Assembly (NCBI RefSeq): GCF_048593235.1
Contig: NC_133622.1
Span: 251,166,055 to 251,230,054 of the forward strand
Source of the DNA: Sminthopsis crassicaudata
Taxonomy: Eukaryota
Reading direction: 5' to 3'
DNA: 64,000 nucleotides
Below, one piece after another: positions 55,501-64,000 of this stretch (its first letter is position 1; the number at the start of each line of letters is the position of its first letter). The notes beneath the pieces are model-generated. The model worked only from the letters and a program-made list of their open reading frames with translations, made no database searches and was not told where the DNA came from. Made by a program: the position numbers and the translations under genes.

Positions 55501-58500
55501 CAGAGGCTGCGGTGTTCTCAGAGGCTGGGGTGTTCTCAGAGGTGCAAGTCAGCTCAGATGCCACGTTTGAGAACTCTCTCAGAGTCTGGGGTCTTCTCAG
55601 AGGCTGGGGTGTTCTGAGAAGCTGGGACGCTCTCAGAGGCTGGGGTATTCTCAGAGGCTGGGGTGCTTCTATCGGCTGGGACCTTCTTAGTGGCAGGGAC
55701 GTTCTCAGAGGCTGGGGTGCTCTCAGAGACTGTGTTGCTCCCATTGGCTGGGACCTTCTCAGAGGCTGGGACGCTCTAAGAGGCTGGGGTTATCTCAGAG
55801 GCCAGGACATTCTCAGTGGCTGGGGCTATCTCAGAGGCTGGGGCGTTCTCGGAGGCTGAGACGTATTCAAAGGCTGGGACAATCTCAGAGGCTGGGACAT
55901 TCTCAGAGGCTGGGACATTCTCAGAGGCTGGGATGCTTCCATTGGCTGGGACCTTCTCAGAGGCCGGGACACTCTCAGAGGCCGGGACGTTCTCAGAGGC
56001 TGGGGCTATCTCAGGGGCTGGGATGCTCTCAGAGGCCAGGACATTCTCAGAGGCTGGGGCTATCTCAGAGGCTGGGGCGTTCTCGGAGGCTGAGACGTAT
56101 TCAAAGGCTGGGACAATCTCAGAGGCTGGGACATTCTCAGAGGCTGGGATGCTTCCATTGGCTGGGACCTTCTCAGAGGCCGGGACACTCTCAGAGGCCG
56201 GGACGTTCTCAGAGGCTGGGTCTATCTCAGGGGCTGGGATGCTCTCAGAGGCTGGAACATTCTCAGAGGCTGGGGTGTTTTAAGAGGCTGGGGTGTTCTC
56301 AGAGGTGCAAGTCAGCTCAGATGCCAGGTTTGAGAACTCTCTCAGAGTCTGGAGTCTTCTCAGAGGCTGGGGTGTTCTGAGAGGCTGGGACTTTCTCAGA
56401 GGCTGAGTTGCTCCCATTGGCTGGGACGCACTCAGAGGCCGAGACGTTCTCAGAGGCTGGGACATTCTCAGAGGCAGAAGCCGGGACGTTCTCAGAGGCT
56501 GGGACACTCTCAGAGGCTGGGACGCTCTCAGAGATTGGGGTGCTCCAAGAGGCTGGAACATTCTTAGAGGCTGGGGCATTCTCAGAGGCTGGGGTGCTCC
56601 CATCGGCTGGGACCTTCTTAGTGGCAGGGACGTTCTCAGAGGCTGGGGTGCTTTCAGAGGCTGGGGTGCTCTCAGAAACTGTGTTGCTCCCATTGGCTGG
56701 GACCTTCTCAGAGGCTGGGACGCTCTAAGAGGCTGGGGTTATCTCAGAGGCCAGGACCTTTTCAGAGGCTGTAACGTTCTCAGAGGCTGGGGCTCTCTCA
56801 GAGGCCGGGAGGTTCTCAGAGGCAGGGATGCTCTCAGAGGCTGGGACTCTCTCAGAGGCCGGGACACTCTCAGAGTCCGAGACGCTCTTAGAGGCTGGGG
56901 CTATCTCAGAGGCTGGGACATTCTCAGAGGCTGGGGCTATCTCAGAGGCCGGGACGTTCTCAGAGGCTGGGGCTATCTCAGAGGCCGGGACGTTCTCAGA
57001 GGCTGGGAGTTTCTCAGAGGCAGGGACGCTCTCAAAGGCTGGGATTTTCTCAGAGGCTGGCATGTTCTCAGAGGCCGGGTTGCTGCCATTGGCTGGGACC
57101 TTCTCAGAGGCTGGGGCTATCTCTGAGGCTGGGACGCTCTCAGAGGCTGGGGCGTTCTCGGAGGCTGAGACGTATTCAAAGGCTGGGACATTCTCAGAGG
57201 CTGGGACATTCTCAGAGGCTGGGATGCTTCCATTGGCTGGGACCTTCTCAGAGGCCGGGACACTCTCAGAGTCTGAGACGCTCTTAGAGGCTGGGGCTAT
57301 CTCAGAGGCTGGGGTGCTCTCAGAGGCTGGGGTGCTCTCAGAGGCTGGGGTGTTTTCAGAGGTTGGGGTGTTCTCAGAGGTGCAAGTCAGCTCAGATGCC
57401 AGGTTTGAGAACTCTCTCAAGAGTCTGGGGTCTTCTCAGAGGCTGGGGTGTTCTGAGAGGCTGGGACGCTCTCAGAGGCTGGGACGTTCTCAGAGGCTGG
57501 GACATTCTCAGAGGCAGAAGCCAGGACGTTCTCAGAGGCTGGGACGCTCTCAGAGATTGGGGTGGTCCAAGAGGCTGGAACATTCTTAGAGGCTGGGGCA
57601 TTCTCAGAGGCTGGGGTGCTCCCATCGGCTGGGACCTTCTTAGTTGCAGGGACGCTCTCAGAGGCTGGGGCTATCTCAGAGGCTGGGGTGCTCTCAGAGA
57701 CTGTGTTACTCCCATTGGCTGGGATGTTCTCAGAGGCAGGGGCTATCTCAGAGGCCGGGATCTTCTCAGAGGCTGGGACGCTCTAAGAGGCTGGGGTTAT
57801 CTCAGAGGCTGGGACGCTCTAAGAGGCTGGGGTTATCTCAGAGGCTGGGGTGCTCTCAGAAACTGTGTTGCTCCCATTGGCTAGGACCTTCTCAGAGGCT
57901 GGGACGCTCTAAGAGGCTGGGGTTATCTCAGAGGCCAGGACCTTTTCAGAGGCTGTAACGTTCTCAGAGGCCAGGAGGTTCTCAGAGGCAGGGATGTTCT
58001 CAGAGACTGGGGCTATCTCAGAGGCCGGGAGGTTCTCAGAGGCTGGGGCTCTCTCAGAGGCCGGGAGGTTCTCAGAGGCAGGGATGCTCTCAGAGGCTGG
58101 GACTCTCTCAGAGGCCGGGACACTCTCAGAGTCCGAGACGCTCTTAGAGGCTGGGGCTATCTCAGAGGCTGGGGTGCTCTCAGAGGCTGGGGTGTTTTCA
58201 GAGGCCGGGACTTTCTCAGAGGCAGGGACATTCTCAGAGGCTGGGGCTATCTCAGAGGCCGGGACGTTCTCAGAGGCAGGGGCTATCTCAGAGGCCGGGA
58301 CGTTCTCAGAGATTGGGGTGCTCCAAGAGGCTGGGATGCTCTCAGAGGCTGGGGTGCTCCCATCGGCTGGGACCTTCTTAGTGGCAGGGACGCACTCAGA
58401 GGCCGAGACGTTCTCAGAGGCTGGGACATTCTCAGAGGCAGAAGCCGGGACGTTCTCAGAGGCTGGGGTGTTCTGAGAGGCTGGGACGCTCTCAGAGGCT

Positions 58501-61500
58501 GGAACATTCTTAGAGGCTGGGGTATTCTCAGAGGCTGGGGTGCTCCCATCAGCTGGGACCTTGTTAGTGGCAGGGATGCTCTCAGAGGCTGGGGTGCTCT
58601 CAGAGACTGTGTTGCTCCCATTGGCTGGGATGTTCTCAGAGTCTGGGGTCTTCTCAGAGGCTGGGGTGTTCCGAGAGGCTGGGGTGCTCTCAGAGGCTGG
58701 GGTGCTCTCAGAGACTGTGTTGCTCCCATTGGCTGGGACCTTCTCAGAGGCTGGGACGCTCTAAGAGGCTGGGGTTATCTCAGAGGCCAGGACATTCTCA
58801 GTGGCTGGGACAATCTCAGAGGCTGGGGCGTTCTCGGAGGCTGAGACATTCTCAGAGGCTGGGATGCTTCAATTGGCTGGGACCTTCTCAGAGGCCGGGA
58901 CACTCTCAGAGGCCGGGACGTTCTTAGAGGCTGGGGCTATCTCAGGGGCTGGGATGCTCTCAGAGGCTGGAACATTCTCAGAGGCTGGGGTGTTTTAAGA
59001 GGCTGGGGTGTTCTCAGAGGTGCAAGTCAGCTCAGATGCCAGGTTTGAGAACTCTATCAGAGTCTGGAGTCTTCTCAGAGGCTGGGGTGTTCTGAGAGGC
59101 TGGGACTTTCTCAGAGGCTGAGTTGCTCCCATTGGCTGGGACGCACTCAGAGGCCGAGACGTTCTCAGAGGCTGGGACATTCTCAGAGGCAGAAGCCAGG
59201 ACGTTCTCAGAGGCTGGGACCTTCTCAGAGGCTGGGACGCTCTAAGAAGCTGGGGTTATCTCAGAGGCCAGGACCTTTTCAGAGGCTGTAACGTTCTCAG
59301 AGGCTGGGGCTCTCTCAGAGGCCGGGAGGTTCTCAGAGGCAGGGATGTTCTCAGAGACTGGGGCTATCTCAGAGGCCGGGAGGTTCTCAGAGGCTGGGGC
59401 TCTCTCAGAGGCCGGGAGGTTCTCAGAGGCAGGGATGCTCTCAGAGGCTGGGACTCTCTCAGAGGCCGGGACACTCTCAGAGTCCGAGACGCTCTTAGAG
59501 GCTGGGGCTATCACAGAGGCTGGGGTGCTCTCAGAGGCTGGGACATTCTCAGAGGCTGGGCTGCTCTCAGAGGCCGCGACGTTCTCAGAGGTTGGGGCTA
59601 TCTCAGAGGCCGAGAAGTTCTCAGAGGTTGGGACATTCTCAGAGGCTGGGTTGCACCCATTGGCTGGGACCATGTCAGAGGCAGGGGTGCACTCAGAGGC
59701 TGGGGCTATCTCAGAGGCTGGGGTGTTTTCAGAGGCTGGGGTGCTCTCAGAGGCTGGGGTGTTTTCAGAAGCTGGGGTGTTCTCAGAGGTGCAAGTCAGC
59801 TCAGATGCCACGTTTGAGAACTCTCTCAGAGTCTGGGGTGTTCTGAGAGGCTGGGATGCTCTCAGAGTCTGGGGTGTTCTCAGAGGCTGGGACGTTCTCA
59901 GAGGCTGGGACGTTCTCAGAGGCCGGGACTTTGTCAGAGGCTGGGACGTTTTCAGAGGCTGGGACGTTCTCAGAGGCCGGGACTTTGTCAGAGGCTGGGA
60001 CGTTCTCAGAGGCCGGGACACTCTCAGAGTCTGAGATGCTCTTAGAGGCTGGGGCTATCTCAGAGGCTGGGGTGCTCTCAGAGGCTGGGGTGTTTTCAGA
60101 GGCTGGGACGTTCTCAGAGGCCGGGACACTCTCAGAGTCTGAGATGCTCTTAGAGGCTGGGGCTATCTCAGAGGCTGGGGTGTTTTCAGAGGCTGGGGTG
60201 CTCTCAGAGGCTGGGGTGTTTTCAGAGGCTGCGGTGTTCTCAGAGGCTGGGGTGTTCTCAGAGGTGCAAGTCAGCTCAGATGCCACGTTTGAGAACTCTC
60301 TCAGAGTCTGGGGTCTTCTCAGAGGCTGGGGTGTTCTGAGAAGCTGGGACGCTCTCAGAGGCTGGGGTATTCTCAGAGGCTGGGGTGCTTCTATCGGCTG
60401 GGACCTTCTTAGTGGCAGGGACGTTCTCAGAGGCTGGGGTGCTCTCAGAGACTGTGTTGCTCCCATTGGCTGGGACCTTCTCAGAGGCTGGGACGCTCTA
60501 AGAGGCTGGGGTTATCTCAGAGGCCAGGACATTCTCAGTGGCTGGGGCTATCTCAGAGGCTGGGGCGTTCTCGGAGGCTGAGACGTATTCAAAGGCTGGG
60601 ACAATCTCAGAGGCTGGGACATTCTCAGAGGCTGGGACATTCTCAGAGGCTGGGATGCTTCCATTGGCTGGGACCTTCTCAGAGGCCGGGACACTCTCAG
60701 AGGCCGGGACGTTCTCAGAGGCTGGGGCTATCTCAGGGGCTGGGATGCTCTCAGAGGCCAGGACATTCTCAGAGGCTGGGGCTATCTCAGAGGCTGGGGC
60801 GTTCTCGGAGGCTGAGACGTATTCAAAGGCTGGGACAATCTCAGAGGCTGGGACATTCTCAGAGGCTGGGATGCTTCCATTGGCTGGGACCTTCTCAGAG
60901 GCCGGGACACTCTCAGAGGCCGGGACGTTCTCAGAGGCTGGGTCTATCTCAGGGCAGGCTGGGATGCTCTCAGAGGCTGGAACATTCTCAGAGGCTGGGG
61001 TGTTTTAAGAGGCTGGGGTGTTCTCAGAGGTGCAAGTCAGCTCAGATGCCAGGTTTGAGAACTCTCTCAGAGTCTGGAGTCTTCTCAGAGGCTGGGGTGT
61101 TCTGAGAGGCTGGGACTTTCTCAGAGGCTGAGTTGCTCCCATTGGCTGGGACGCACTCAGAGGCCGAGACGTTCTCAGAGGCTGGGACATTCTCAGAGGC
61201 AGAAGCCGGGACGTTCTCAGAGGCTGGGACACTCTCAGAGGCTGGGACGCTCTCAGAGATTGGGGTGCTCCAAGAGGCTGGAACATTCTTAGAGGCTGGG
61301 GCATTCTCAGAGGCTGGGGTGCTCCCATCGGCTGGGACCTTCTTAGTGGCAGGGACGTTCTCAGAGGCTGGGGTGTTTTCAGAGGCTGGGACGTTCTCAG
61401 AGGCCGGGACACTCTCAGAGTCTGAGATGCTCTTAGAGGCTGGGGCTATCTCAGAGGCTGGGGTGTTTTCAGAGGCTGGGGTGCTCTCAGAGGCTGGGGT

Positions 61501-64000
61501 GTTTTCAGAGGCTGCGGTGTTCTCAGAGGCTGGGGTGTTCTCAGAGGTGCAAGTCAGCTCAGATGCCACGTTTGAGAACTCTCTCAGAGTCTGGGGTCTT
61601 CTCAGAGGCTGGGGTGTTCTGAGAAGCTGGGACGCTCTCAGAGGCTGGGGTATTCTCAGAGGCTGGGGTGCTTCTATCGGCTGGGACCTTCTTAGTGGCA
61701 GGGACGTTCTCAGAGGCTGGGGTGCTCTCAGAGACTGTGTTGCTCCCATTGGCTGGGACCTTCTCAGAGGCTGGGACGCTCTAAGAGGCTGGGGTTATCT
61801 CAGAGGCCAGGACATTCTCAGTGGCTGGGGCTATCTCAGAGGCTGGGGCGTTCTCGGAGGCTGAGACGTATTCAAAGGCTGGGACAATCTCAGAGGCTGG
61901 GACATTCTCAGAGGCTGGGACATTCTCAGAGGCTGGGATGCTTCCATTGGCTGGGACCTTCTCAGAGGCCGGGACACTCTCAGAGGCCGGGACGTTCTCA
62001 GAGGCTGGGGCTATCTCAGGGGCTGGGATGCTCTCAGAGGCCAGGACATTCTCAGAGGCTGGGGCTATCTCAGAGGCTGGGGCGTTCTCGGAGGCTGAGA
62101 CGTATTCAAAGGCTGGGACAATCTCAGAGGCTGGGACATTCTCAGAGGCTGGGATGCTTCCATTGGCTGGGACCTTCTCAGAGGCCGGGACACTCTCAGA
62201 GGCCGGGACGTTCTCAGAGGCTGGGTCTATCTCAGGGGCTGGGATGCTCTCAGAGGCTGGAACATTCTCAGAGGCTGGGGTGTTTTAAGAGGCTGGGGTG
62301 TTCTCAGAGGTGCAAGTCAGCTCAGATGCCAGGTTTGAGAACTCTCTCAGAGTCTGGAGTCTTCTCAGAGGCTGGGGTGTTCTGAGAGGCTGGGACTTTC
62401 TCAGAGGCTGAGTTGCTCCCATTGGCTGGGACGCACTCAGAGGCCGAGACGTTCTCAGAGGCTGGGACATTCTCAGAGGCAGAAGCCGGGACGTTCTCAG
62501 AGGCTGGGACACTCTCAGAGGCTGGGACGCTCTCAGAGATTGGGGTGCTCCAAGAGGCTGGAACATTCTTAGAGGCTGGGGCATTCTCAGAGGCTGGGGT
62601 GCTCCCATCGGCTGGGACCTTCTTAGTGGCAGGGACGTTCTCAGAGGCTGGGGTGCTTTCAGAGGCTGGGGTGCTCTCAGAAACTGTGTTGCTCCCATTG
62701 GCTGGGACCTTCTCAGAGGCTGGGACGCTCTAAGAGGCTGGGGTTATCTCAGAGGCCAGGACCTTTTCAGAGGCTGTAACGTTCTCAGAGGCTGGGGCTC
62801 TCTCAGAGGCCGGGAGGTTCTCAGAGGCAGGGATGCTCTCAGAGGCTGGGACTCTCTCAGAGGCCGGGACACTCTCAGAGTCCGAGACGCTCTTAGAGGC
62901 TGGGGCTATCTCAGAGGCTGGGACATTCTCAGAGGCTGGGGCTATCTCAGAGGCCGGGACGTTCTCAGAGGCTGGGGCTATCTCAGAGGCCGGGACGTTC
63001 TCAGAGGCTGGGAGTTTCTCAGAGGCAGGGACGCTCTCAAAGGCTGGGATTTTCTCAGAGGCTGGCATGTTCTCAGAGGCCGGGTTGCTGCCATTGGCTG
63101 GGACCTTCTCAGAGGCTGGGGCTATCTCTGAGGCTGGGACGCTCTCAGAGGCTGGGGCGTTCTCGGAGGCTGAGACGTATTCAAAGGCTGGGACATTCTC
63201 AGAGGCTGGGACATTCTCAGAGGCTGGGATGCTTCCATTGGCTGGGACCTTCTCAGAGGCCGGGACACTCTCAGAGTCTGAGACGCTCTTAGAGGCTGGG
63301 GCTATCTCAGAGGCTGGGGTGCTCTCAGAGGCTGGGGTGCTCTCAGAGGCTGGGGTGTTTTCAGAGGTTGGGGTGTTCTCAGAGGTGCAAGTCAGCTCAG
63401 ATGCCAGGTTTGAGAACTCTCTCAAGAGTCTGGGGTCTTCTCAGAGGCTGGGGTGTTCTGAGAGGCTGGGACGCTCTCAGAGGCTGGGACGTTCTCAGAG
63501 GCTGGGACATTCTCAGAGGCAGAAGCCAGGACGTTCTCAGAGGCTGGGACGCTCTCAGAGATTGGGGTGGTCCAAGAGGCTGGAACATTCTTAGAGGCTG
63601 GGGCATTCTCAGAGGCTGGGGTGCTCCCATCGGCTGGGACCTTCTTAGTTGCAGGGACGCTCTCAGAGGCTGGGGCTATCTCAGAGGCTGGGGTGCTCTC
63701 AGAGACTGTGTTACTCCCATTGGCTGGGATGTTCTCAGAGGCAGGGGCTATCTCAGAGGCCGGGATCTTCTCAGAGGCTGGGACGCTCTAAGAGGCTGGG
63801 GTTATCTCAGAGGCTGGGACGCTCTAAGAGGCTGGGGTTATCTCAGAGGCTGGGGTGCTCTCAGAAACTGTGTTGCTCCCATTGGCTAGGACCTTCTCAG
63901 AGGCTGGGACGCTCTAAGAGGCTGGGGTTATCTCAGAGGCCAGGACCTTTTCAGAGGCTGTAACGTTCTCAGAGGCCAGGAGGTTCTCAGAGGCAGGGAT
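43590..64000. repeat. Over 20-kb 18-bp-unit minisatellite/satellite (consensus ctcagaggctgggRYRYt) with nested higher-order repeats; continues past the window end
   Basis: CTCAGAG cores recur every 18 bp, with 17-, 24-, 36-, 43- and 54-bp variants. Identical ORFs in the track recur at offsets of 1134, 2736, 2719, 1334, 6056 and 6005 bp. Confidence 0.97.

Noticed and set aside
44893-63420. CRISPR-like repeat/spacer array
   Set aside because: This is eukaryotic DNA, the intervening sequences are themselves repeats rather than unique spacers, and there are no cas genes.
43640-63963. The array as a mucin-like coding gene (PASENV repeats with NGS sequons, or SEAGTF repeats)
   Set aside because: Every phase is broken by recurrent, HOR-amplified stops: PASE by ctaagag/ttaagag/ctaagtg, QPLR by gctatctcag, SEAG by ctgagag/ctaagag, LRGW by gctgag and SQRL by cttagag. 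The 43- and 17-bp units also shift frame. No signal peptide or exon boundaries were seen. A decayed coding origin is not excluded.

Overview
Eukaryotic, intron-containing, locally very GC-rich genomic DNA from a marsupial, probably a dasyurid (inferred from the CORE-SINE and L1 3'-end types). It is syntenic with human 11q13.1. Five protein-coding genes were rebuilt exon by exon with GT-AG boundaries and continuous phase: FIBP (-, 10 exons, 357 aa), CCDC85B (+, 1 exon, 246 aa), FOSL1 (-, 4 exons, 269 aa), C11orf68/BLES03 (-, 2 exons, 284 aa) and DRAP1 (+, 7 exons, 202 aa, with a U12-type intron 2). The intergenic DNA carries SINEs, L1 and L2 fragments, an ERV solo LTR and AP-1-rich enhancer-like clusters. 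From about 43.6 kb to the window end (over 20 kb, open-ended) there is an 18-bp-unit G-rich minisatellite with nested higher-order repeats, interrupted by stops in every frame. The most unusual items are: a 68-bp TG...CA palindromic mini-element built from two ERV-LTR left ends, with a 5-bp target-site duplication (TSD), inserted in an old L1; the giant structured array; an L1 3'-transduction with a 15-bp TSD; and splice-site oddities in DRAP1 and FIBP. All comparisons with human proteins and repeat families are from recall, and no searches were run.
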